The notes: a model not told the origin generated them from the letters alone. DNA of 64,000 bases from Longimicrobiales bacterium (GCA_965198065.1 CBDAON010000004.1:1280001-1344000), one strand, 5' to 3'; numbered from the stretch's first letter, positions 44,092 to 53,804 are shown. Program-made: numbers and translations.

Positions 44092-44850
44092 GTGACCCCT
44101 CGTCGGAGAGGAGCCCGTGTCCCCACGGGGGCACATCGGGCTCTCGGAAGGCTCTTCAGCACCGCGGCGTTTGTCTCGCTGGCGGCCTCGGCACCCGCAT
44201 GTGCCCAGGGGGACGAGCATCGAGACCGCCGTCTCGAGATGGTGCGAACCCAGATCGAGGCCAGGGGAGTGGAGGATCCGGGTACGCTCGGCGCGATGCG
44301 CTCCGTTCCCCGGCACGAGTTCGTGCCGCCCGCGCTCGTAGAGCAGGCGTACTCCGATCGTCCGCTGCCGATCGGCGAGGGGCAGACGATCTCCCAGCCC
44401 TACATCGTCGCTTTCATGACCGAGCAGCTGGCGCTCGGCCCGGGCGACAGGGTCCTGGAAGTGGGCACCGGGTCCGGGTATCAGGCCGCGGTGCTGGCCG
44501 CCCTAGGCGTCGAGGTGTTCACGATTGAGATTGTGGAGAGCCTGGCCCGCTCTGCCGAGGCCCGGCTCGCCCGCCTGGGGTACGATGTGACCGTACGGCA
44601 TGGGGACGGCTATCTGGGCTGGCCCGAGGAAGCACCTTTCGACGCCGTTGTCGTCACGGCGGCGCCGAACGACATCCCCCAGCCGTTGATCGATCAGCTC
44701 CGTCCGTTGGGACGAATGATCATTCCGGTGGGACCGGCCAACGGGGCGCAGCAATTGGTCCTCCTGAGGAAGGAGGAAGACGGGTCCTTTCGGGCGGAGG
44801 CCGTCTTGCCGGTCCGGTTCGTTCCGTTCGTTCGGGATTCGCAGCGCTGA
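44092..44850 (+). CDS. pcm: Protein-L-isoaspartate O-methyltransferase
   Basis: VPRHEFV, GQTISQPY, VLEVGTGSGYQAA, PVRFVPF. Confidence 0.94.
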   Translation: MTPRRRGARVPTGAHRALGRLFSTAAFVSLAASAPACAQGDEHRDRRLEMVRTQIEARGVEDPGTLGAMRSVPRHEFVPPALVEQAYSDRPLPIGEGQTISQPYIVAFMTEQLALGPGDRVLEVGTGSGYQAAVLAALGVEVFTIEIVESLARSAEARLARLGYDVTVRHGDGYLGWPEEAPFDAVVVTAAPNDIPQPLIDQLRPLGRMIIPVGPANGAQQLVLLRKEEDGSFRAEAVLPVRFVPFVRDSQR

Positions 44851-44858
44851 GGCGAACG

Positions 44859-44887
44859 TTGAGGCAGGAGAAGTCCCTGGTTAGACT
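44859..44887 (+). promoter_or_regulatory. Putative tRNA promoter
   Basis: TTGAGG-N17-TAGACT, 12 nt upstream of the tRNA. Confidence 0.55.
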
Positions 44888-44899
44888 TGCAGGTTCTTG

Positions 44900-44973
<74 letters not shown>

Positions 44974-44998
44974 TTGAACTTACGGTAATCGCGGGCCG

Positions 44999-45029
44999 GA
45001 TTCCCTCCATTTGATTCCCTCCAATTGAT
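44999..45029. repeat. Tandem 14-bp repeat, candidate integrase arm-type sites
   Basis: GATTCCCTCCATTT-GATTCCCTCCAATT-GAT between the tRNA and the integrase stop. Confidence 0.6.
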
Positions 45030-45030
45030 C

Positions 45031-46194
45031 TCAGGAGCGAACCCTCCGGCGCTGCTCAAGGGCGTTCCTGAGTTGCTCCTCGTCAGCCCGCTGGTAGCAC
45101 TGGAGGACCGTCTGCGTGGTCTTCCAGCCGCCGAGTTCGCAGAGCACCTTGAGCGGCTGGTCCATGAGGTCGGAGGCGAACTTCCGCCTCAGGGAGTGCC
45201 AGCCTCTGCCACGCACGGGCTCCAGTCCCGCGAGTTTCTGGGCCTTCTTCCACCAGTCACGCGCCAGTGAACGGCTAACGCTCTTTGAGGGGTCCTTCGG
45301 AGCGGGTAGTACGGGAGTGTCCCCGATCCCGGGGTTCGTCTTTCGCGCCTCTTCCAAGACGGCGATCGCCTCGGCGGTTGCCGGCGTCCGGTGTTCGTAG
45401 CCTGTCTTCTCGTGTTCCCCACGCCATCGGATCACTCCGCCTTCCAAGTCGATGTCCGACCATCGAAGCTGTCGGATCGCACCGATGCGGTGTCCCGTAT
45501 CGTGGGCGAGGACCAGAGCGACGTGAAAGCGCCAGTCCAGCTCCAGATATACTTGGAGCAGGGCTTGGTATTCCGCCTCGGTAAGCACCACCCGCGTCGG
45601 GTTTTTTTCCGTGGGTGTCTTCAGGCCCCTCAGCGGGTTTGCGTCGAGGAGCAGCTCACCCTGCTCGTCCCTCGATTGCGCGGCCCAGTTGAGGACCGCG
45701 AGCAGGAACTTCAAGTCGCATTCGATCATTCGATCGGACACGGGTTTGCCGCTCGGGCCGACCTTGCCCGACCGCCGTTCCCGGATGAACCGATCCCAGT
45801 CTCTCTTGGACAGTGTTGCGGGGTCGCGATCCGGGCCGAAGACCCCGAGGAACATCTCCATTGTGGCCCCATCATACCTCTGGGACTGTCGAGCCTTGGT
45901 GGGCGTCACCTCATTACCGTAGATGTCAAAAAGCGTATCCAGTGTGAGTGGCTCGGGCGCGGCGTCCGCTCCGTCTTCGATCTCCGGCCCGACGTAGCCT
46001 GCGGCGACTTCGTCCGCCTGCTTCTTCGCCCGCGCCCAGTCGCGATGCTTGAGCGACCTGCTCAGCTTACGTCCGCCCTCGCGCCACTGGATCTGGAACA
46101 GACCGGTCTTGGGATCGGGGAATACCCGTACCCGGTTCCGGCCCCATTCGCCGGCGCTGTAGCTGCGCCGACTTCGTTTCGTGCGTGCCATCAT
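45031..46194 (-). CDS. Tyrosine recombinase / integrase of the ICE
   Basis: TGHRIGAI (R), HEKTG (K), WHSLRR (HxxR), LGGWK and LQCY (Y). Confidence 0.92.
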   Translation of the reverse strand: MMARTKRSRRSYSAGEWGRNRVRVFPDPKTGLFQIQWREGGRKLSRSLKHRDWARAKKQADEVAAGYVGPEIEDGADAAPEPLTLDTLFDIYGNEVTPTKARQSQRYDGATMEMFLGVFGPDRDPATLSKRDWDRFIRERRSGKVGPSGKPVSDRMIECDLKFLLAVLNWAAQSRDEQGELLLDANPLRGLKTPTEKNPTRVVLTEAEYQALLQVYLELDWRFHVALVLAHDTGHRIGAIRQLRWSDIDLEGGVIRWRGEHEKTGYEHRTPATAEAIAVLEEARKTNPGIGDTPVLPAPKDPSKSVSRSLARDWWKKAQKLAGLEPVRGRGWHSLRRKFASDLMDQPLKVLCELGGWKTTQTVLQCYQRADEEQLRNALEQRRRVRS

Positions 46195-46577
46195 CAGGCT
46201 CCTTGCTCGATGACGGACTGCACGATCTGCGCGGTGGAAACCTCGCGAAGCGAGGGCTTCGCCGCCAGACGCGGGGTAGCCGCTCCGGTCTTACGGGGGA
46301 GGTGCCTCAGGGCGATCCTGGGCGCGCCGGGCCTTCCGGCGTTCGGGATCCTGCCGTCGCGCACGAGGCGGCCGAGATGGTCCGCGGAGTAGCCGCTCTC
46401 CCTGGCGGCGTCGGTCAGCGAGAGGGTGGTCTCGTCCCTCTCCCTGAGCGTGGCCTCGAGCTGTGCCGCGCACGCCTCGAGGGCCACGGCCGGTGTCTCG
46501 CCCCCGTATTGGCGGAGCGTCTTGGCCTGCGTCCGCCAGGCGCCGGGCAAGGTCTCGACGGATGCGCGGCCAGTCAT
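46194..46577 (-). CDS. HTH DNA-binding protein, excisionase-like
   Basis: LSLTDAARESGYSADHLGRLVRDGRIP Xis/MerR-type HTH; stop overlaps the integrase start. Confidence 0.7.
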   Translation of the reverse strand: MTGRASVETLPGAWRTQAKTLRQYGGETPAVALEACAAQLEATLRERDETTLSLTDAARESGYSADHLGRLVRDGRIPNAGRPGAPRIALRHLPRKTGAATPRLAAKPSLREVSTAQIVQSVIEQGA

Positions 46578-46626
46578 GTGCGCATCTCCGGATCCTGGCG
46601 GCCTGCGTCCGGCCAGGTCTCCGCGT

Positions 46627-46941
46627 TCACTCCCACTCGCCCTCGGCATCTCTCTTGAGAGCGCGGGCGAGCTCGGGATCGCCCTCGCCGCGCCGGACTG
46701 AGCGTTCGACGAGATCGACGCGGCGTCCCAGGTCGGAGAGCCCGGCAGCTCGCGCGACGGCGTAGATGGCGGCCGCAACGGCTGCGAGTGCCAGCCCGGC
46801 GTGTACTGCGATCAAGATGCCGTGGTTGGCGAGGATCACCGTCCAGAACGGCGCGAGGAATTCGAGGCGCGGACCGGCGAGCAGCACGGCAGACCCCGCG
46901 ATCGCGGCGGTGAGTCCCGCGCTGATCTTCCAGGGTTGCAT
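46627..46941 (-). CDS. Small membrane protein
   Basis: Two to three hydrophobic segments with a charged tail; in the ICE operon. Confidence 0.65.
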   Translation of the reverse strand: MQPWKISAGLTAAIAGSAVLLAGPRLEFLAPFWTVILANHGILIAVHAGLALAAVAAAIYAVARAAGLSDLGRRVDLVERSVRRGEGDPELARALKRDAEGEWE

Positions 46942-46950
46942 GGGGGCGGG

Positions 46951-47838
46951 CTAGAGTTCAAGCGCGGCGGGATCCCGGTCGGTCGGCCCTCGCAGGGAGG
47001 AGCGATCTCCGCCGTCGCCCACGCCGAGTGAGCGAAGCAGGCGCGCGGCGGCCGGTCCGTTGGCGTGCATCCGGAACCCGGCGGCCACCTTGGCACGTAT
47101 GGAGCGAGCCCGGTAGTTGCCCGATGCGACCTCAATGTTGACGCGTCCGGTGCGCCCCTCGGAGTCGGTGTACTCGATCTGCGCATCCGGGTAGAGCACG
47201 CGTCCCCGCGCATCGATCGGCAAGCCGAGCTCCTCGGCCACGCGGTGCCGCTCGGCGTCTGCGGCCCGCCGGCCGTCTTTCGCCCGCGCGAACTCGCTCT
47301 TGCGTGCTACGGCGCTCTTGAACTCGCCGTCGAGCCGCACACGGCGGACGGTGGCCCCCTGCTCGATCAGGCGTTGGTGCTCCTGGCGGCAGGCCCGATA
47401 GATGGCGGTGTCGTGCGCGGCTTCGGCGGGCCGGGTACGTGCGAACCCGATCTCCTGGCCGGGATCGATTCCCCGCTCGGCGGCCAGCTTCCGGGCCTCG
47501 GCCACGCCTTTCCGCGTGAGGGTCAGCACCTTGAACGGGTTGCCGTTGGGTCCAGTGGCTCGGGTTTCTTGGGCGAGCCCCTCGCGGATCCAGGCGTTCA
47601 CGGCCCGCCGCGTGGTGTAGGGATGGCCGCCGAAGTGAGCCTCGGCGAGATCGCGGTACGAGACGGCGCCGTAGATGCCGATGTCGGCGAGCGCCCCACG
47701 GCACCGTTCGCGGAAGGAGATGGACCCGCGGTCCCGGCTCGCGTCGTATTCTCGGCGATGGCCGTCCCGCATGCGGTAGATAGCGCGGCTTTGCGGCGCG
47801 GCGGGACGCGGGTCCAATCCGATCGTGCGGTCGAACAT
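46951..47838 (-). CDS. Winged-helix plus PD-(D/E)xK-like protein, candidate Replic_Relax/MOBC-like relaxase
   Basis: wHTH-like N-half (LTLTRKG), AHD motif, YPDAQIEY...NIEVASGNY nuclease-like motif; AAGGAG RBS. Confidence 0.55.
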   Translation of the reverse strand: MFDRTIGLDPRPAAPQSRAIYRMRDGHRREYDASRDRGSISFRERCRGALADIGIYGAVSYRDLAEAHFGGHPYTTRRAVNAWIREGLAQETRATGPNGNPFKVLTLTRKGVAEARKLAAERGIDPGQEIGFARTRPAEAAHDTAIYRACRQEHQRLIEQGATVRRVRLDGEFKSAVARKSEFARAKDGRRAADAERHRVAEELGLPIDARGRVLYPDAQIEYTDSEGRTGRVNIEVASGNYRARSIRAKVAAGFRMHANGPAAARLLRSLGVGDGGDRSSLRGPTDRDPAALEL

Positions 47839-47861
47839 CTCCTAGGGCTCCTTCCTTGACC

Positions 47862-48890
47862 TCAGCGGCTGGGGCTGAAGCTCCGTTTCGGGACCGGCAG
47901 CGGGAGCTCCGGCCTTGCGGCGTGCAGCGGGTCGGGAGCGCGGGTGGCGGCCACGGCCACCGGCTCCCGTTCGGCCTGTCGATCGCGGTTTCGGGCCAGC
48001 ACGAAGTCGGAGATCTTCTGTGCGTCGGCCGCGGCGCGGCGGATCTCCCTTGGGTCCTCCTCGAGCGCCGCGACCCACCCCTCGACATAAGCGGCCCCCC
48101 GGCTCGGGTCGTGGCCGACGCCCACGCGCTCGCCCGTCATCATTGCGCTGATCTCCGCGCGGAGCTCCTCCTTCGCATAGGCCGGTGAGCCGAACCCTTC
48201 GCCGATCCCTTCGATCAGCGTTGCGCGGTTCATCCGCTCGGGATGGCCGGTGCTGTGCCCCAGCTCGTGGAGCGCGGTCTGGTAGTAGTGGTTGGCCGAG
48301 GGGAACTGCACCCGCTCGGGGAGCACGATCTCGTCGTGGTTCAGGTTGTAGAACGCCCGGTCCCCCGCCACGTGACGGACGGTGACCCCGCTGTCCTCGA
48401 GGACGCGTTCGGCCTGCTGGTGCACCTTCCAGAGCGGCTCGGCCGTTGGTGTGGGCCGGGCCGGCAGCCCGTCGGCCTGCCCGGCGTTGAAGACGTTGTA
48501 CTGCCGGACGACGGGCGTGGGCAGGCGCTCGTGGCGGTAGATGCGCTTGCCTTCGTTGTCCCTGACCGGCCGCCCGCGCTCGTCGGTCACAGAGATCTTC
48601 CGGTGGTCCTGGAAGGAGAGGATGCGGGTGCCCTGCTCGCCTTTTCTGACTTGGCCGCCCCGGGCCTGGATCTGACGGTAGGTTCCCCAGCGGACGTCGG
48701 CGTAGCCGCGTGACTGTGCGACGGCCGCGAGATGCAGGCTGTTCCCTCCCGAGTAGGAGCGTCCAGTATCGACGTTGGCGGGAAGCACACGCTCGCCCGG
48801 CCCCCAGGGCTTCTGCCAGGGCGCAGTGCCCTGGCGGATCTGCTCGATGACCCGGTCGGCGAACTGGCGGTGATATTCGTCGTGTTTCAT
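47862..48890 (-). CDS. ardC: ArdC-family antirestriction protein (ssDNA-binding plus zincin-like domain)
   Basis: GTAPWQKPW, YSGGN, WGTYRQ, VRKGEQG, LHELGHSTGH, YAKEELRAE. Confidence 0.9.
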   Translation of the reverse strand: MKHDEYHRQFADRVIEQIRQGTAPWQKPWGPGERVLPANVDTGRSYSGGNSLHLAAVAQSRGYADVRWGTYRQIQARGGQVRKGEQGTRILSFQDHRKISVTDERGRPVRDNEGKRIYRHERLPTPVVRQYNVFNAGQADGLPARPTPTAEPLWKVHQQAERVLEDSGVTVRHVAGDRAFYNLNHDEIVLPERVQFPSANHYYQTALHELGHSTGHPERMNRATLIEGIGEGFGSPAYAKEELRAEISAMMTGERVGVGHDPSRGAAYVEGWVAALEEDPREIRRAAADAQKISDFVLARNRDRQAEREPVAVAATRAPDPLHAARPELPLPVPKRSFSPSR

Positions 48891-49087
48891 CGGTCTTCCT
48901 CCTCGGGGCCGTGCGGATCCTCCGAGGCGTCTCGGATCTCGTCCTCGGTGCCCACGTCCTCGGGGAAGAGGCCGTACTGCTGGGCCAGCGATGCCGGCAC
49001 CTCGAGGGCCTCGCCGCCGTCCCATGCGAGCTCGCGGTCGAAGTCGTCGAGCGTCTCGACGCGGACGATCTTCTCGTCGCTTTCCAT
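48887..49087 (-). CDS. Small acidic protein (66 aa) coupled to ardC
   Basis: AAGGAG RBS before MESDEK; stop overlaps the ardC ATG (ATGA). Confidence 0.65.
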   Translation of the reverse strand: MESDEKIVRVETLDDFDRELAWDGGEALEVPASLAQQYGLFPEDVGTEDEIRDASEDPHGPEEEDR

Positions 49088-49091
49088 GGGT

Positions 49092-50075
49092 TCACTCCTT
49101 GGCTGTTGGTTCTTCATCGTGCTTCCTCCAGACGGTGTCGGTGAGCCAGCGGTTGGCAGCCGAGTCGTAGCTCCGGACCCTGATCGCCTCCTCGACGAAG
49201 CGTCGGCCCCCTCGCCGGGTCATGTGAACGACGAGATGGATGCCGTCGACCACGCCCCTGCAGGTGACCTCCCAGGGGAGCGCCCCTCCTGCCTGCATGG
49301 CGCAACTCGCCAGGCGCGATAGCGCGGAGCGGGCATTGTTGGCGTGGACGGTGGTGAGCGATCCGCCGTGGCCGGTGTTCAGCGCCTGCAGCAGATCGGC
49401 GGCCTCGCCGCCCCTGACCTCGCCGACGACGATGTGGTCGGGCCGATGGCGGAGAGCGTGGCGGACCAGGTCGCGGATCGACACGGGCGCCTCGGAACCC
49501 GCCGCTCCGGCCTCGAAGCGCAGGCAGTTCGCGCGCTCGATCCTGAGCTCGAGCGTGTCCTCGATGGCGACGATGCGCTCCTCCTCTGGGAGCAGCTCGA
49601 TCAGTGCGTTCAAGAGCGTGGTCTTGCCCGAGCCGGTGCCTCCGGAGACCAAGATGTTGCGCCGCGAAGTGAGAGTGTCGCGGGCGACGAGGAACACCTT
49701 TTCCGGCAGGGCGCCCTGCCGCACGAGGTCTTCGGCCGAGAACGCGCGGCCCCCAAACCGGCGGATCGTCATGGCCACGTGGGGGCTCGCGGGCGGCGTG
49801 CATATGGCGACCCGCGAGCCGTCGTCGAGCCGCGCGTCGAGGATGGGGCGCGCGGCCGGATCGAGCCCGAGCGGCCGCGCGATGTGGATGGCCGCCCGGT
49901 AGAGCGCGGCGGCGGTGAGCGCCGGTGCCTCGAGGGGCTCGAGCTCTCCGCCGCGCTCGACCCAGACGTTGCCGGGGCCGTTGATCATCAGCTCGGAGAC
50001 CTCCAGGTCCTCGAGCACGCCCTCGAGGCCCGGCAGGAACGGCTTCAGGTGGCCGATTCCGCTTGCGCGCTTCAT
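49092..50075 (-). CDS. virB11: VirB11/TrbB/CpaF-family secretion ATPase
   Basis: GGTGSGKTT, AIEDTLEL, LRHRPDHIVVGEVRG, NTGHGGSLTTVHA. Confidence 0.9.
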   Translation of the reverse strand: MKRASGIGHLKPFLPGLEGVLEDLEVSELMINGPGNVWVERGGELEPLEAPALTAAALYRAAIHIARPLGLDPAARPILDARLDDGSRVAICTPPASPHVAMTIRRFGGRAFSAEDLVRQGALPEKVFLVARDTLTSRRNILVSGGTGSGKTTLLNALIELLPEEERIVAIEDTLELRIERANCLRFEAGAAGSEAPVSIRDLVRHALRHRPDHIVVGEVRGGEAADLLQALNTGHGGSLTTVHANNARSALSRLASCAMQAGGALPWEVTCRGVVDGIHLVVHMTRRGGRRFVEEAIRVRSYDSAANRWLTDTVWRKHDEEPTAKE

Positions 50076-52111
50076 ATCCGGCCCTCCTCGCGGAGCCGCC
50101 AGTAGCCCACGTCCCTCGGCAAGTAGTGGGGCTTCAGGTAGACGCGCCGGGCAGGGAGCGACTTCGTGCCGTCGTAGGGCAGACAGATCGCCTGGTAGTT
50201 GGCCAACAGCGCGAACTCGCGCGGCGTGAACACGGGCTCCCTCTGCTGCCGGAACGACTTGCTCGCGCCGATCGTGCCGCGGCCCCCTCCGGCGCGTCCC
50301 GACAGCAGCGAGAACTCCGGGCGGCCCGTGGTCTCGGTGAACGTGTAGGAGGGCTGCGTCTTCATGACGCTCCCGCACATCTCGGACGCGATCCGGGCCG
50401 ACGACTCGTCGCTCAAGGACAGGAAGATCCGGGTGCGGAGCGTCTGGACCAGGGTGCGCCAGGCCTCCGTGCCCGACAGCACGGAGCGGAGCGAGGAGAT
50501 CGACTGCGTGGCCACGATCGGGATGCAGCGGCACTGCCGCGTCAGCGCGAACGCCTTCTCGTCTCCGGACGGATCGTCCTGGCCCACGGTGGCGAACGCC
50601 TGGTACTCGTCGCAGATGAACACTGCGGGCCGGAGGTAGCGGCCGGGCTGGCGGGCGGCCTCGGCAGGCCGCCGGAGCAACGCCTGTATCCAGGCATTCT
50701 TCAGCAGCACGCCGATAGCGCGTCCGAGCGCCGGGTTGGCGCCCGCGGGCATGTTGAGGGCGAGGACCCGGCCCTCTTCGATCAGCTCGGCGAGCGGTGG
50801 CAGCCGGCGGCGGAGCCCCGGCATGGGCCGGACGGCCTCGGGGTCTTCGTCCGGCGCAGCACTATACATATGTATGGATTCATCCGGCTCCGGAGGAGGC
50901 GGACAGAACATGCTCGCGACCTGCGGCTGGTCGAAGAGGGACAGGAAGACCGAGATGCCCTCGACGATGGAGGTGCGGAGCTTGGGGTCGAGCGCCATCC
51001 AGTCGTTCAGGTACCAGCGCTCGATCGCCTCCACCTGCTCCCTGAGCTCGCTGCCCGCGCCGCCCTCGCTCTCCTCGGTCTCGAACGGGATCTCGAGCTC
51101 GGCGAGCCGATCGCTCAACCCGGGATCGAGCTGGCAGGTGGCCTTATCGGTGCCGGCCACCGGCTCCCAGGCCCAGTCCTCGAGAGACTCCTTGTGCGTG
51201 AACAGATCGCTGCCGGCGACGGTGACCCGGACCGGGCAGAGGCGGGCGACCAGATCCCGGGCCGCGCCGATCTTTCGCGCGAACAGCTCCGCGTCGATCG
51301 TGCAGCGGTAGATGTCCTGGAGCGTGACCCAGCCCCCCGGCAAGAGCCGGTGCAGTTCGATGATCCAGCGCACGAGGTTCGTGTAGGCTTGCTGCCAGAA
51401 CGGTTCGCGACTCTTGCCGAAGAGCTGGTTGATCAGGGAGGCGACGCTGTAGGCGAGCGAATAGGTGTCGAGCAGCGGATCGTCGAGTGGGTTCCACTGC
51501 CAGGCGCCGCCGAGGCCGATCTCCAGGTAGTCGTCCCCGCGCCCGGCGCCTTCGAGGATCCGGCGCACGCTATGACAGAAGTCGCCCTTGACCTCTAGCA
51601 CCAGGGCGCTGGCCCGTCGTGCGGGCCGGTCGGCCTGCCAGGAGAGGAGCTGCTGGGCGAACGGATACATGCAGGCTGAGGTCTTGCCGGAGCCGACCGC
51701 CCCGACGATGAGCACGCCCGTATACAGCCCCGTCTCGGGGATCACGAGCCAGGAGGGCCGCTCGCTCTCGCGCGGGACGACGGGATGGTGGAGCTCGCCG
51801 ATCACGAGCGATGGTGTCTCGTCCTCGGGCGAGGCGGGCCAGGGTGGCAACGTGCCCCGGCGCCCTCCTCCCGCTCGTGGCTGGAGCCAGACTCTCCAGA
51901 CCGAGAGGCCGAGGCTGCCGAAGAGCACCACGGCGACGGCGGGCGCCACGTAGTACCAGACGCGGATCACCGTGTGGAAGCCCGGATCGTGGTAGGCGAT
52001 CAAGTCCAGCACGGGGTTGCCGCCGGGGCCGGGGAACGGCGCCCGGAACGCGTGAGCGATGGCGGCCGCCGAAGCGAGGCCCACGAGTACGAGCGTCGCG
52101 GGCTTCAGCAT
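50072..52111 (-). CDS. virD4: Type IV coupling protein (VirD4/TraD-like)
   Basis: Two N-terminal TMs, Walker A GAVGSGKT, LEVKGDF, Walker B FICDEYQ, IVATQS; start uncertain. Confidence 0.85.
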   Translation of the reverse strand: MLKPATLVLVGLASAAAIAHAFRAPFPGPGGNPVLDLIAYHDPGFHTVIRVWYYVAPAVAVVLFGSLGLSVWRVWLQPRAGGGRRGTLPPWPASPEDETPSLVIGELHHPVVPRESERPSWLVIPETGLYTGVLIVGAVGSGKTSACMYPFAQQLLSWQADRPARRASALVLEVKGDFCHSVRRILEGAGRGDDYLEIGLGGAWQWNPLDDPLLDTYSLAYSVASLINQLFGKSREPFWQQAYTNLVRWIIELHRLLPGGWVTLQDIYRCTIDAELFARKIGAARDLVARLCPVRVTVAGSDLFTHKESLEDWAWEPVAGTDKATCQLDPGLSDRLAELEIPFETEESEGGAGSELREQVEAIERWYLNDWMALDPKLRTSIVEGISVFLSLFDQPQVASMFCPPPPEPDESIHMYSAAPDEDPEAVRPMPGLRRRLPPLAELIEEGRVLALNMPAGANPALGRAIGVLLKNAWIQALLRRPAEAARQPGRYLRPAVFICDEYQAFATVGQDDPSGDEKAFALTRQCRCIPIVATQSISSLRSVLSGTEAWRTLVQTLRTRIFLSLSDESSARIASEMCGSVMKTQPSYTFTETTGRPEFSLLSGRAGGGRGTIGASKSFRQQREPVFTPREFALLANYQAICLPYDGTKSLPARRVYLKPHYLPRDVGYWRLREEGRI

Positions 52112-52195
52112 CGCGCTGGCACCCTTCCCGGAGGGATACATGGCCGGGAGCGACCCCGCCGGGGGCAGAGCGTGTGAAAACACGCACGCCCCCAC

Positions 52196-52387
52196 GCCAT
52201 CACTAGGGCGTCCGCGGGCGGGGTCGCTCCCATATCCGCCTCATCGGCCCGTCTGGCCACGTCCGGCCGGGCAGCTGAGGCGTAAGACGCAGTGGCGTCG
52301 GCGCATATGCGGTGGGCCGCGTGTGAATCAGGGCCGGGCCATTCTGTGAATCGACCCCCCGCGTCGTTTTCACGTCCTAGTGGTGGC
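52196..52387. repeat. Intergenic inverted repeats, candidate ICE oriT or promoter region
   Basis: GCCATCACTAGGGCGT (52196-52211) versus ACGTCCTAGTGGTGGC (52372-52387), 14/16 complementary; TGTGAATC occurs twice. Confidence 0.4.
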
Positions 52388-52403
52388 ATGACACGCAGGC
52401 CGG

Positions 52404-53338
52404 TCATCGGAAGTGCGCCCCGGAGAGGCGCACCGTTTGCCAGGTGCGGCCGGTGTGGATCGGCCCTCGGCCGCGCTGCCGACGTGCCTGCTTCGTCAGC
52501 GTGACGCTGCGTTTCAGGGCGGCTTGCAGGCCTCCGAACTCGTCGAGGATCTGGATCGCACCTTGAAGGATGGCGCGCTCGATGCGGTCGATCTCTTCAC
52601 GGATCCCGGCGTCCGGTTCGGCCGGGCCGGAGGCTTCTGCCCAGCCGCCGAGTATCGCCCGGGCCCGAGCAAACTCCTCGAGGGTGCGGACGACGGCCAC
52701 GACCTCGACGGATCGGCCGCGCTCGCTGAGCGCTTTCCAAAGGCCGCGGTGCGCTTCGCCCCAGGAGCGGAGCGCGGTCGTGGTATCGTGTCCGGGATCG
52801 ACGTAGACGAACACGGCGCGCTCGGCTTCGAGCGCGACCGGCAGCTTGACTGGGAAGTAACGCCGCGTGTTACCGGCCGCTCCGCGGTAGAGCCGCGAGG
52901 GCAGGATCCGGCGTTCGATGCCGAGCGCCTCGAATGCGCCGACCTTCTCGGACTCGGTCGGCAGCCACGGCAAGTCGGGATGCTCGAGCACGTAGTCGAG
53001 CGAGAGCAGGCGACGCATGAGCACCGCCTCGGAAGCGGCCCGGCGGTGGCGGATGTCCTCGGCGCCGAGCGCTCGGTAGATGCGCCGGCTGAAAATCCTG
53101 CACACGCGGCCGATGCCATTGATGCCGGGCACGGTCTCTTCGGTGGCCGCGCCTTGCGCGATCAGGGCGTGGACGCCGCGCCGCACCTGTTCGGGATGCG
53201 CATCGAGGAACCGGGACCACTGGGCGCGGATGAACACGCCGCTGTGGAGACAAGCCAGCGCGATCCATTCGGGGCCTGGCGTCCCGTCCAACCGAACGGC
53301 TCAAGGGCCGCTTCCCGTCCCCGCAGATGGGCGATCAC
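52404..53338 (-). CDS. ICE hypothetical protein (frameshift near 53272)
   Basis: GTGA overlap with the virB8 stop; MIAHLRGREAALEPFGWTGRQA continues as EWIALACLHSGVF after correcting a C-run. Confidence 0.7.
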
Positions 53339-53804
53339 CTGGGCTGCTCCGTGACCAGGGCACGGTCGGCCTGGAGGTAGGTGATGAGGATGCCCATCGG
53401 GTTGTAGACGACGAACTCGGAGGGAATGACGGTGAGGAACGTGAACCGGAGCGTGATCGACCACCGCTCCCTCAGGGTCTCCTGCCCCTGCCGGAGGTGG
53501 ACTAGGTCGAAGTCGGCGGTCGCGCCGTGGGGTGCCTCCGGTGCGGGGTGGATGCGGAGCACGGCCTGCTCGACCTGGAGCTCGGTGTCGGCGGTGCCGG
53601 CCGCCATGGCGGCGACCTCGGCGCCGTCCCTCGTGAACGCGGCGTTCGCCAGCTCGGTCGAGAGGAAGCGTAGGCTCCGGGTCCAGTGCTCCTCGACCGT
53701 CGCCTGGCGCCTGGAGTAGAAGTCGGCGATGAACCGGTTCAGGAAATACTTGGTCGTGGGATCGAGCGGATCCGCCTGCGCCGTTGCGGCCTCGTAGGCC
53801 ACGG
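53335..53804 (-). pseudogene. virB8: virB8/TrbF C-terminal (periplasmic) segment, separated by the nested element
   Basis: KYFLNRFIADFYS...YNPMGILIT VirB8 signature; begins within the 19-bp repeat (VAYEAA). Confidence 0.85.
53786..53804. repeat. att core direct repeat, left copy
   Basis: GCGGCCTCGTAGGCCACGG, identical to 58777-58795. Confidence 0.95.
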
